This document shows, one piece after another, positions 14,943-27,652 of a DNA stretch of 64,000 bases. A program made the translations under genes and the position numbers. The notes below the pieces were generated by a model. It worked only from the letters and a program-made list of their open reading frames with translations, was not told the origin of the DNA and searched no databases. Position 1 is the stretch's first letter. Every line of letters begins with the position of its first letter. The DNA is from Marsupella aquatica (Eukaryota > Plantae > Marchantiophyta): positions 1,938,457 through 2,002,456 of the forward strand of contig OZ316894.1 in the NCBI GenBank assembly GCA_973895155.1, given 5' to 3'.

Positions 14943-17923
14943 ATGAGCTCCAATACGGTGCAAAACCGTGGTTCCAATAGAATCATGTCGAAGGTGGGAG
15001 CTGCTCTCGTTGTGCTGCTTCTAGTTTTGGATGCACCGGTATTCTCTTCTGCGAGGTTTGTATTTGAGAATTGGTCCTCCAATACACGGTTTCGAAGGGG
15101 TCTTTCAGAGTCGAACGAGCGACGCACGATCGCGGTCGATTTGATGCACATAGAGCACGTCAACTCGCCCTTCTTGCAGCCCAATCTCACCTTGTTGCAG
15201 AGAGCACAAAACGCGGCGAAGAGGAGCAGGCAGCGAGCGGACTACTTCTCAAGTACAATCTTGGGAAAAAAAAAAGCATTTGGTGTGAACCATGCCTTGT
15301 CTTCGCCAGTCTACTCCGCGCAGGGTGACTACGTGATGCAACTCAGTGCGGGCACTCCCGCCAGGTAGTTTACTAATCTACTCTTACTAGTCCCGATTGT
15401 TTTCATTGTCAACGTTAGAATTGTATAAAATTTTAGAGAAATTGATACATAACCGGGTACAAAGCCTGTTTTCTCACAGTTTAATTCAAATTGTTGGCAT
15501 CGACAAGTACTCCTAAAATCTGTCAGAATTTCATGATTTGTTTATCGTACTGAGGATGCATAGTGGCAAGAAAAAGGCCAGTAGTTATTGATCACTAAAA
15601 TGAATTAAGTGGGCTGCAAGCCTGTGTAGTTACTAGTTTCTTGTGTTTCGGCTAGTTGCATGCATAGCAGAATGTTTGTAGTTCCTGGCAGATGCAGCAC
15701 AGAACATTTCCAAGGATATCTACCTCAATTGCGTTCCTGCTCCTCTACGGACTAGACGTTGGTTGCAACAAGGTTTCTCTGATATATTCCAGATGTTCAT
15801 GGGCTATAGGACATTACACAGCTATTTGTGATTTTAGATTGATGGATCCTTTACGTAAAATCATCCGAAAACTATGGAGTGAAGGAATGAACCTTCAATT
15901 CAGACGCTTCGAAGCTCTCCTCACCTGTCGTTTCGTTGGAATCAAATGATGTCAGCTTTAATCTTTAATTTGGTCATTTTGTGGTTTTACCGGTGCCGTT
16001 ACGTCAATCTACGTATCAGGCCCACAATTGAAACTGCTGACTAGGCAACTGAAAGCTATGTACCAATAATGTCTATAGTGTATGCAGTCATGCATGGACC
16101 ACAGCATTTGATTCCGCATTATATGAAGCTATAGATGGAGCTAGGATTTCTCAACGTTTGAAAATCCGAGATTTGATACTGCGTTGATTATGGCCCACAC
16201 ATCCTCGTGTGTAAGAGTAGAATTCCAGCTAGAACCCAGTTGGAATGGCTATCTTGGAAAGTTGATCTGAACCTGGCTAAGGAGAATGCTCCAAAACAAT
16301 TTTGGTCCTTACCTCATCACTCTGAGTATTTCCCTTGCTGTTCCTGATGATTTGCAGCAGACACATGGCCTGCTGGATGGTGTCCCTTAATCTTAATTTG
16401 TCCAGTTGGATGTCCTTAAGATACCGCTTTTCCGTTCTTCCCTTCCAGTGACTTGATTGCTTTGCAACTGATGCGTGAAATTTTGTCCAGGACTTTTGTG
16501 GCCATTATGGATACAGGCAGCGACTTGGTATGGCTACAATGCAGCCCCTGTACCAAATGTTTTCAGCAGCCCGATCCAGTGTACGACCCGACTGCATCGT
16601 CTAGCTACACTTCCATGCCTTGCACTGATGCGCTCTGCACCGACCTACCCGTCAATGGCAATTACCCTGCTTGTTCAACTGCAAGTGTTTGCCTGTATGA
16701 TTATGTTTATGGCGATCAGTCCTCTACTATAGGGAACATGGGCTACGAGACCTTCACTTTGACATCATCCACAGATGGCTCGGCGCAGGGGTTCCCTAAC
16801 GTCGGTTTTGGCTGTGGGTCCGACAATATGGGGACCTTTGGACCAGTTGACGGATTGGTGGGGCTCGGGCAAGGGCAGCTCTCGTTGGTGTCTCAGCTCG
16901 GAACTAGTATTGGAGGCCTCTTTTCCTACTGTCTCGTCAGTTACGCTTCGGCCCCCACTATGACCAGCCCACTGCTCCTCGGCAGTGCTGGGACCAGTGT
17001 GCTGACGTATACGCCACTAGTCCCCAACACTGTCAACCCGACCTTCTATTACGTCACCCTGAAGGGCATCACTGTCAACGGGCAGCCGGTTGCTTATCCA
17101 GCTGGTACGTAAATATCTTGCTCGCGCCTATTCCAATTCTCGGAAACAAGATCATACTGATTACACTAAATTTCGTCATGACGAGATTGTTCATTGACGA
17201 CTGAGAGTCGTCATACTGTTATTGTGATTGTTCATTGACGACTAAGAGTCGACGTCCCTGTTATTGTGAGGTAGCCACAAAAGTGATGTGTTCAATCGAG
17301 GTTCTTGGGTTTTTCTGGGATCTGCTGAATACCCTTTCCCGGTTCTCTTGTTTACGCAAGATCGAATCGCCGCTCTTGTCGTGAGGAATTACAGGATGCA
17401 TGTGTAATTGGTAATTGCCAATCAACTGGATACAATAGGCCAGTTCTTCACAATTTTCATATGTGAAATCACGAAAGTTAATGCATTTGTTTCACTTATT
17501 ATTGCAGGTACTTTCGACATTGACCCCACTACTGGCACAGGAGGAATCATCCTAGACTCTGGAACCACAGTCACCCAAATGTACGATGCAGCCTACACTC
17601 CATTTGTCAATGACATTTCCGCGCTGGTATCCTATCCTACTGTTACAGTTTCTGGCTTCGATCTGTGCTACGACACCTCCAGTGCGGGGGCCACCCCACT
17701 CTTTCCAGCCGTGGTCTTCCAGTTCGATGGAGTTGACCTCGCCATGCCGTCGGACAATATATTTCTGCCGGTCGACACCCAAGGCATCACCTATTGCCTG
17801 TTCTTCGCGAGCGCTGGTGTTAATGCAGCAGTCGGTATCTTCGGAAACGTACAGCAACAAAATTTCGAAGTCGTTTACGACACTGTCAATTCCAAAGTTG
17901 GATTCGCAGCAACCACATGCTAG
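14943..17923 (+). CDS. Secreted A1-family aspartic protease, nepenthesin/CDR1-like; exons 14943-15364, 16491-17104, 17508-17923 (alternative ATG at 14985)
   Basis: Signal peptide (VGAALVVLLLVLDAP), pro-region HxxSPF, GDYVMQLSAGTP, catalytic DTGSDLVWLQCSPC and DSGTT, Cys-rich insert, C-terminal IFGNVQQQNFEVVYD. Intron phases are consistent. Confidence 0.92.
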
Positions 17924-18992
17924 CGATCGAGGAGTCCAGTCCAGTATAGGCAAAGTCTGTATATCAAAAAACATCATTTAGATCTCCCGTAGGAGTTTCT
18001 CGAAAGCAGGCAAGCAGCGGTTAAGCTAACAGGGCGGGATGGTGTACAGCGTAAATGATGTACATCCATCGACGTGCCTATTGTTTCTTAGTCATTGCCA
18101 TATCCTAAATGAATGCATCACAATCGTTTATTGTCGTCCACCTAGAAGGCAGCGTGCTGTTCATGATTCTTCCCGAAGAATGTCCAATCGGCAGGCTTTG
18201 TGATTTTCGTGATAGCAATTAACGCTCTCGTGATTTGTGATCATGAATCTATAGCAAGCAGATGACATCTTCTAGCTTGTTGGAAATAACTTTCGCCCCA
18301 GTCTAAAGTTTAAAGTGTACCCTCCAAAACAGAACTCTTTTCAACTCGATATATACCTCGTTCAACTTCCATGGCACGATGCCTCGAGTACAGAAAATCG
18401 TTTACAAAAGTAACTTCACTACAATTTCGACTATGTGATGATTATCTGCAACCTTCTTCCCGCGAACCATTCATTCGAGACCGAGGGTTTATTACTAAGC
18501 TACCAGCACTAAGAGAAACTGTTGAGAGTCTGGGGCCGAACGCCACTTTATTCACTCACAATCAGGAGCATCGTGACAACTATGTCACAAATTAGTTGTA
18601 TATAGGTTTGATTCCCATGATTCTTCTCGGGTATAATTATGTAGTAGGTGCACGACCACAGGGAGTCTATTAAAGATGTCTAATGAAAACTCTTTCGGAT
18701 AGTGTAACCATCCATGCCAATTGAATTCAATGCTAGTGGAAATGCCGCATGATGACCTTCTAAACCTCGAGTGCTTGTCCGATCATTGCTCTGTGTATCG
18801 ATACACAACAAATCTGTTCGGCCCTTCTGCAACTTCTGTGAGCAGGTTGTCGTAGTCACTTACAGCTCATGCATCACGGCATCAACCTTGGCTGATCACA
18901 CGAGCAAGTAAATCTCGATCAGGATTTCGATAGGTACATTTCAATCTTTCAAAATTCTCAATCATAATATCCATCCAATAATCTTCAACCGA

Positions 18993-19283
18993 GTCTTAAA
19001 TCAACTCCGTCAATTCTTCCTCTGTGACTTGAACTTCAAACAATGGCAATAGCACCCTCTCACAGGTCAAATCAACTCGATCAATTCTTCCTCTGTGACT
19101 TGAACTTCAAACAATGGCAACAGCACCCTCTCACAGGTCTTAAATGAACTCAATCAATTCTTCCTCTGTGACTTGAACTTCAAACAATGGCAACAGCACC
19201 CTCTCACATGTCTTAAATCAACTCAATCAATTCTTCCTCTGTGCCTTGAACTTCAAAGAATTACAATAGCACCCTCTCACAGG
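18993..19283. repeat. Tandem minisatellite, ~71-73 bp x 4
   Basis: The unit gtcttaaatcaactcaatcaattcttcctctgtgacttgaacttcaaacaatggcaacagcaccctctcacag is repeated with few differences. Confidence 0.9.
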
Positions 19284-20910
19284 GTCCTGCGGGTCAAGCC
19301 CCTTACTCTTGACGGCCATGGATGGTTCCCGCCCTCACCACATTTAGTAAACAGACAAACGGAAAAATAAAACCATCCAGTATTATAGTGTTTGACAATA
19401 TAAAGGAAAAAACACACCAGGGAACTGTTTTAATACAAAGAAACAAAATATGCAAGGAAACCATATTTAGAAATACAAAGAACAGTGGGGTCCATTATTT
19501 AACTGGCCATATAAAAGTGGAGTGCTCTCTCTTTTTTACATTCCTCTCCTATGCCGTGAGACTTTGCTCCATATTTAAATAGAAGATACTCAAAATGGTG
19601 AAACCTGGTGCATCCCGAGATAACTCATCACAAGGGATACCACTAGGGAGTATCAGAAGTAAACTGTCTACACTGGTTAATGTTAGCAAGGAAGTAGTGT
19701 GATTAACACTAATATGTGAGTAAGGAAATTTGGAGCTCAAAATGAATTTACTTATGGAAAGTACAACATAACACCAGAGTCAATTATTCCTGTTAAAACA
19801 CACAGCACACACAGTAGAAAATTTTGTGAATGAAAGATTAATGTGAATCTAATAGTTTAGTTTAGCCTCTTTTTCTGTTTTCCTTCACATTTTCAATTCA
19901 CAAATTTTCACACCCAAATGGGTATGATTACACCTGACAACAAGGTTCATGGTTTCATGAAACATGTTGATATCAGAAATCCCACCACAAATAATTTGAG
20001 CTGGTTTCCATAATTAGTGTGGCTCGTAACACTAATTGAATCACTGGTAATTACTGTTACTACTGACTGAGGCAGTATAAGTAGGACTATTTCTATAGGG
20101 CTTCAATTTGTTGTGAGCTACATAATTTATGCTAGTAACACTAACTACAATCAAAAGTGTAGCCAAAAGTGTAGCCAGCTGCGTTGAGTCTAGTTTAGGG
20201 TCCATCATTAGTCCCACAAGGTGAACTCAGGACACGCCCACTGTCAGACAGTATAGATTGCAAGAATGAGGCAGAGGAACATTAGTATTTTTGGGGAAAA
20301 ACACTTGTATGTGTGATCCCACACCAATTTTGTAAGAAGTCAAGATATCGATTGAGTACTTTTTGATAAAAAAAAAAATAGTTGGTTTTTAAGGTGTTTA
20401 TGAGACCTCTCCTCAAACTAAGTTTGTGACTGTCTTGGTGGAAGTTTTACAGTGGGACTACATCACAAAACTAGCAGAAAGGAAAATTTAACATGAAAAT
20501 CCTTTTGGAAAAAAAATAGATGTTAAAAGTGTTTCAATAGAAGGACCAACCAACACATACAAAACTAGTGAGATTACTGATAGGAGTAGCCTCCAAAAAC
20601 ATTGTGAGTGATAGGGGACCCCCTTTTCCCAGTAGTGACACGAGGTGCATATATGGGCCTATAATGTAACAAACCGGACGGCTTAGAGTAGGCAGCAAGT
20701 ATGGTAAACATGAAAGTGAATTCAATCACTATCACTAACTTGACAAGTTACCAGAATGGAGAAACTCTTGAAGAATCGATAAGTAACATGAGATAGTGCA
20801 AGAATCTCCCAGAGAGGACTAAGATATGTGAGGTGAAATAAATGTATTTTATCCTAAATTAGTCAAGGGCTCAAAGCATCTCCAAGAGTAACTACTGGGT
20901 TGGTGTACCG

Positions 20911-21100
20911 TGCTATGTTGACCAAACCCAGTGAGGTTGAACGGTCTATTGTAACCCTATGTTGACCAAACCCAGTAAGGTTGAACAAAAGGGCAACCTC
21001 AATGGGTTACTGTAACGCTATCCACTTCTGATCTTATTGGGTTTTTTGGTATGGGTTACCGTAACGCTATCCACTTCTGACCTTATTGGGCTTTTTAGTT
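20911..21100. repeat. Two short adjacent tandem duplications
   Basis: ctatgttgaccaaacccagt(g/a)aggttgaac x2 and atgggttac(t/c)gtaacgctatccacttctga(t/c)cttattggg x2. Confidence 0.7.
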
Positions 21101-22049
21101 ATTGGATCTGTATACGAGCTGTTATATAGCACATTGACTAAATACAAAAGGGTTCATTCCTGGGTTTTGGAAGATCTAATGATTAACATCCAAGGGTGCA
21201 TATGTTAGGAGATACTAAAAAACTCACTAACCATTGGGCTTGCCTTTTGATATATAATCCTTGCTATGTACATTATACTAAGAAAAGGCAACCTTTTAGG
21301 CTGCATTTAATGTACACAGTAAGCAAATAGTTGGAGATTATCTAACTAACTCTGGTAAAGTCAGATTGACTACCATCAGGATCTAGAGTCAATCCTTAAT
21401 TTACAATCTTATTATAAAAGCACCAAGTGAAGCCTATACTTAAGGGCTTAGGTCTAGATTGAATCCTAGCCTCTAGACTAACTCCCAATACAAACAAAAC
21501 TCATAATGAGCTTCAACAAGGTCAAAATTTTAAATGAGTATTGACAAAAGTGACATTGACTCTAAATAAGATTAAACTGAAATGAATATGGACAAAAAAC
21601 AAGGATAGGGCAAGTACTAACCAAAATAGCAAATAAACCAAAATAGCATGTAAGTTGGTATAAAGATTTTTTTCATATCTATTTACAGGCCCCCATGAGA
21701 GGTCCCTTGCAAATTCCTTGGCACAAGGATGCACCACATCAGCAAGGATGGTGACAAACAGGACAGAGCAGGTTTTCTGGAAAACAAAAAGGTCTATGTC
21801 ATGTTTGTGTTCATATTTGTGTAAATTATGGGGCGCCATGCCGTAAGTTAAACATAAAAAAACCAGAATACAAAGAAAGAGATGTCATTTAGTAAAATGA
21901 AATTACCATTTTGATGTTTGTCAATGATACATCAGTGTTTATATCAAAATGCTTATATATTTTTTAATTGTTTACAAGTTTAAAAAAACCAATTGATAGA
22001 AATGTACATAGTTAGAACCCCTTTGGCTCCACATTGTAAATCTCAATAA

Positions 22050-22640
22050 TCAATCTCCTTAGTATTTGATGAAATCTATCAATGTTAGATTCATTGGAAA
22101 GCTCAAGATCAAGATTTAGAAACTCATGGCCTCTTTATTATTGTCTTGATAAAATCTCTCAATGTCACACTCATTAGAAAGCTAGAAAAAAATTAGAAAC
22201 GCATCCTCTCCTTAGTACTTGACCAAATCTATCAATATTAGGTTCATTGGAAAGCTAGAGAAAATTGGATACTCATGATCTCTCCAATGAATTCTTGACA
22301 AATACTCCCAATGTCACACATTAGAAAGCTCGAGAGATTGAAAACCTCATGATCTCTTTAGTACCATGACAAAATTTGACATGAAATTTGGCAATGTCCA
22401 ACTCAATGTTGGAAAGCTAAAGGAATTCATGAACTCATGATGAAAATGTCTTATTGTCACACTCATTAGGCAGAGAAATTTAAAAACTCATTTGCAATTT
22501 GACAAAATTTGTCAATCTGAGGTTCATTGAAAACCTTAAAAAATTGGTATTTAACTCATGATTTTCTTGATACTTGACAAACTGTACCAATGTGATGCTC
22601 ATTCAACACCAACAAGAATTTGTAAAATCATGATCTCGTA
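22050..22640. repeat. Degenerate AT-rich tandem array, ~60-70 bp period
   Basis: The pattern tcatt(g/a)gaaagct...actcatgatctct...ttgacaaaat...caatgt recurs about 8-9 times. Confidence 0.6.
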
Positions 22641-23288
22641 TTTCACTCATCTCTCAATGAACCTTTTGTGCTACACTTAGAGCCATTTTAGAAAATCATA
22701 ACATTGAGAATGAAACTAATTTTTTGATTACCAATGAGATCATGGGCCCTCAACCCATTTGAATTGGTTCTTATAAATTTGAGAAATGGGTTGAGGGTCA
22801 TTTGGACTCAAACTTCCAAATCACCTACAATAAAATATTTGAAAGAATGGACAAAAAGAATAAGGAAATGACATTCCCATATTGGAATGTTTGGGTTGGG
22901 TTCAGAGAGAGAGAGAGATAATTATATATGCACATACATATCTTCACACCCCGATAAACATCAGGTCCGATTGTTACTAATGCACATACCCATTACAAAT
23001 ATTTCATAAATCCATACATAAGTCCCATACACATCGATATAATTACTTCGCAGATTGCGCGTGAACACATAGAGCTTGTAGTGTTTGAAACATTAAATCT
23101 CATATACCATCATCAATGTAAATCAATATATGTATGTCCAATGTCTATTGTATAACAGAGGACAGGTGTAAAGAGCGCATATCTATACGACGACATCCAG
23201 TGCAATCAATTGCACAAGGGATTGCAAGATGATAGACAGCGTACTCAAATGTCAAGTCAGGGACACTGAGCATAGGCCATACTTTTTC

Positions 23289-23911
23289 CTCGGGGGGTTA
23301 ACTACTCGGGGGGGTCACTTCCACGGAAGTGACACATCACGTGCGACGAAGTATAGGCCCATTTAAATGGGTGTGGCGGAAGACTTCCAAAGTTTGGTGG
23401 AAGAACACATAGGGCATGTTTTATTGATTGGTCAACTTTAAAGAACACATAGACCTATTTAATTGCAAAAAATACTTTCTATAAAGTTTTTAGGGGTTTT
23501 TTAATAAAAAATGACAAAATTTTAAGAAAGAAAGGGCTTTGCAAAAAAATATTTTTCACTTTAAAGTTAGGGGGGTCAAACCCTAAAACGTCGCACGCGA
23601 TGTATGACCCTCCATATAGTGACCCCCCCGAGGTTAACTAAGCGTATATTTTGGGGTACCACGTGCGATCCTAGCCTAATATAAATAGACCTATTTTATA
23701 AAGAAAATATTCCAAGAATATTCTCTATTTTCAATATTAATAACCTATTTTACTTTATAAAGGGTATATATTAAAGAATATTCTATAAACATGAGTTTAT
23801 AATACCTTCTTTTGCCTCCTACGCTTTTTTAAAATTTAGTTAAAATCTGCCAAAAATACCTATTTTGGATCGCACGTGGTTCCTAAGATTTTTGATAGTC
23901 AACCCCCCGAG
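23289..23911. mobile_element. Non-autonomous TIR element (MITE, outer) with 8-bp TSD ACTTTTTC
   Basis: TIRs CTCGGGGGGTTAACTA / TAGTCAACCCCCCGAG. ACTTTTTC flanks both sides (23281-23288 and 23912-23919). Subterminal inverted motif ACCACGTGCGATCC / GGATCGCACGTGGT. Confidence 0.85.
23305..23632. mobile_element. Related MITE (inner) nested in the left TIR of the outer element, 8-bp TSD GTTAACTA
   Basis: TIRs CTCGGGGGGGTCACT / AGTGACCCCCCCGAG. GTTAACTA is duplicated at 23297-23304 and 23633-23640. Subterminal ATCACGTGCGACG / CGTCGCACGCGAT. Confidence 0.85.
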
Positions 23912-24660
23912 ACTTTTTCCCTAGGGATCATGTGATCGAAATGATCCACATACCCGGTGCTTTCATTCAGCCCCCGTCACCGGGCAGAAATAAAACAAAA
24001 ATGTGTGATTTCATGTCCCATGTTTCTGTAGCGTTGTCCGGACGGCTACAGGGAGACATGGGCTAGGGAAAACCGAGTCATGCCATCATATTTATGCATT
24101 CATTTGGCCCTGTTCTAGTTGCTAACAAACAAAATGTCAGAATGTAATGCGAATATAGATGTTACAGTCTTATGCAATAGTGCATATTCACCTTTTTGGA
24201 CTTGTCACCCATTGTGCACCACCAGTCAATCTGGTCCGAACAGCAGTCGTTTCCCTCCACGATCACAGCACAGAGCTGTAGACACGATGTACACCAAGCT
24301 GCAGAATATTGTTTGCAGAAATCCCAGAGCTTGCACGAGCAGCCCACCGTGTATGCACTGTTTACCTCGGGATAGATTCTCAGCATAGAACGTAAGCTAG
24401 ATGGAGCATCTTACTAGTCATCACGAGAATAGCAGCGTCTTTGCTTTGGCGGCGCTTTTTAGGGTATGGTTCCCAGGTCCCTATTCTGGGGCAAACTTCT
24501 GTTTGGAGGGCCTTCATAGCCCTATTTTGTTTATACGGACAGGGTTTCAAGGGATATAGTGCACTGGGGGTTATCCCTCCTAAACATTAGGATGACGACT
24601 GTCGTTGCATCCATAGTGCTGAGTCTATTTGGCTGTCTTGATGTCGCGTCCATGCTCTTC

Positions 24661-24664
<4 letters not shown>

Positions 24665-24706
<42 letters not shown>
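24665..24706. repeat. (GA)n microsatellite
   Basis: About 21 GA units. Confidence 0.95.
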
Positions 24707-24709
<3 letters not shown>

Positions 24710-26323
24710 GTGTATGTCAAAACACCCATTCAAGGCCCCAATCAAGGTAGGGCTAATATATGATCCATACGAACCCTAGGCTCCACAGTGTAAGGGTAAT
24801 ATTGGGCGATACGCAGACATACACCCTGATCATTCACATACAGAGTTAAACCTGATCACAAATGCAGCTGGAGCGTTGGTTGGTTCTATGATGTCACACA
24901 TGCTATTTGTCTACATTGTTCACCTGACATGTTCAGTTGCCTACATGACAGAAGTAGAGTCCACTTTTGTTGGTGCAGAATCATTTAATTATTGTTTATT
25001 GAGTTGATACGGCAGCAGGTAAGTAATACTTTACATATCCATGACAAGACAAGGCATTGGGTCCACACATCCTTATTGACTTCTCATTTAAATAGTTTTG
25101 TATGTTGTGAGTCCTTGAATAGCGGATTGGAGTCCTTATCACACCACAACAGAAGTTTCTATTAGTCATTAGTACAGTAGCGCTACTTTAATCTATGCTA
25201 CGTTTATCAGAGCACATTTACATGGCTTAGATGTAAAATCAATGCGGTACATCAGCACTGTGATTCAAACAGCATGAAGTAGACCATTATCCAGGGCAAA
25301 AGTATGGTTGAAATCGGGCCATACTACATCCTCAAAGTCGTCATTCAGCCCCCATCCTTGAGGTGAATCATGTGCCTTAACACTGATTCCAGTTACATGT
25401 TTCTATTGCCATTAGCCGCGGCGGCAAAGGGGAGACATGCATTTATCCTGGGCTAGCATTGATCCAGACTAAAGCTAAGCATATAATGAGTTGAGAAAGG
25501 GAATCATTGGTGAAGAGTACATACCTGTGGAGCCCGTGCCATAGTGCTATGTTTTGTGACTGTTGGTGTAGTAGAAGGAGCGGTGTCACCCTCTCACTGA
25601 GCTTTGTGTGTGTACTTATCACCCTATTCATTAAAACTGGAATTTCTCTAGTCCAGAAGTTGACCTTCAAATTTCTTATTTTACCCCCAAAAGTTCTATA
25701 ACTTGTTCCCCAAAAGCATACATTTTAGTGGCCAAATATACACTTTTTGAGGTCTAAAATTACAATTCTAATGCCCAAATTATTAATTAAATAATTCAGT
25801 TATCAATTATTAATACTTATTAATTAAAAGACATTAAAGTGTTCTTATTATATACAATATAAACAATGAAAAAATAGAATAAGACAATATAATAAATTGA
25901 AATGACCATGATAACCAAGTTACACAAAGTAACACGGAAGGTAAACCGGTGATGTATTATAAAAGTAAAAAACCTATTTTTACAGGCTCGAGACCACGTC
26001 TGCCCCAATGCAGGCTCTAGATGGTTTTGACCGGTTGTTGAATGTATATCAATTACTATGTAAAAATCTATGTCAAGATTATCTCGACCCAAATGTAGGG
26101 TCCACATAATTTTGACCCGTTGTTGAATCTATATCTCTAGCTATTCCCTTTGTAGAGGGTCTAGACCCAAATAACCTTTTTCTGAGAACATATCTACAAG
26201 TAAATGAGGATCAACAGCATCTAGACTCAAATGGATACTACGCATAGCTTCACTCTTTTTTCGAGTAAGAATATGTATATGTACAACTCACATCGTAACT
26301 GTTCAGTGTAGGGTCGAGATAAT

Positions 26324-27598
26324 CTAGACCCAAATCTCATGCTCCTCCACCCCGCATAATTCATTTGAGCAAGTAAACCTAGACCCTGACGGGTCATATT
26401 TCATATCGCGATTACAGAAATTGAGAGGCTTTCTATTCCAGAACTTTGTTGTGAGGTCCCTACACCTCAAGACTTCCAAAACAAATCCCCGATGATTGTC
26501 TCTGTAGGGTCCTGTGTACTGATATCCAATTAATGTCTTTGCAAGGTCGTTGATCGCCTCCTCCGTCAATTTCTCCATTGGTGGTAATTGTTGCACTTCA
26601 TTTTTGATATCCCAGGGAATTTCGTCCGCTGTAACATCCAAGACTATATGGATAACATTGGGAACCCATACCATACTACCCCACCTCTCCGACAACAGAG
26701 CATAAATGGCAGCCTGTTGATCCCTGTCCGATAAAACATTGATCATAGACCACTTTGGATGATTGATAAAAAGATAGTGCTGAAGATTGAAGGCATGATA
26801 CAATTTCCTGAGCAGAGGCCACAGTATTTCTGGAAAGAATGTATCATCCGTGGAGTGATGCGAAAATGAGGAAGGAAACAACCCACAATTCTCTGGATTT
26901 GCAAACACCTTCATTGGAGTGTCATCAAGAAGGAGTGTATTAGTTTCGTTGTATAATCCACCATAACGTTTCCAAACAATCCTCAAATCCTTCAAAAGAA
27001 TATTTGCCTTCCCATCGGTAATGTCAGGCCTCTGGATTCCAGTATCAAATGTATCTTCTTGAGTGAGAATAAACTTGAATTGCTCTCTCTCTTCTTGATT
27101 GAAGATCAAATGAATCATTTCATCCGTCCTGGGTTTCCTTGCACAAGTCCAAATGGCAACATCAAATAATGAAAAAGCTGCGATTAAGAACTCGTGAAGA
27201 TGGGGTCGCTCAACATACATAAAGTTAAACCCTCCACGTCTCCCCCAGTGGACACCATTGACACTTGTCGCACTACGGCGCGGTCCGGAACTTGGCGTTT
27301 TGACAAAATCCCAGCACATTTTGTTGAGGTCAAGAATCAATAGCTTCCGTCTGATTGGACCGTGAAGTGGAGGCAAGGGTCCTGCAAAGTACGAACACCA
27401 ACGTTAGAATTGTGGGAGATAAAACAAAGGAATGCTCGAGACGATCTCGATCATCACAAGTGAATGAACAACAGTCAACATCATACCTGTTGTTTGTGGA
27501 AGGTCAGTAGTTGAAGAAATCTCAGGACATCTTCGGAGATTATTGTCGACGCACTCCACAATTGGTAAGGGCCCGCCTATTTCTGTGAAGGTAGACAT
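26324..27598 (-). CDS. Transposon-borne FCP1/SCP (NIF, HAD-superfamily) phosphatase-like protein; exons 27598-27487 and 27381-26324
   Basis: RRKLLILDLN, YVERPHLHEFL, FDVAIWTCA, KDLRIVW and NTLLLDDTPMK are NIF/FCP1-homology motifs. A 105-nt phase-1 GT-AG intron joins the two exons in frame. The start codon is uncertain. Confidence 0.75.
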
Positions 27599-27652
27599 AA
27601 TAATTTAGACGGCTGAATTTCAGGACAGTTCAAACTAACTTGGGTTTCAACC

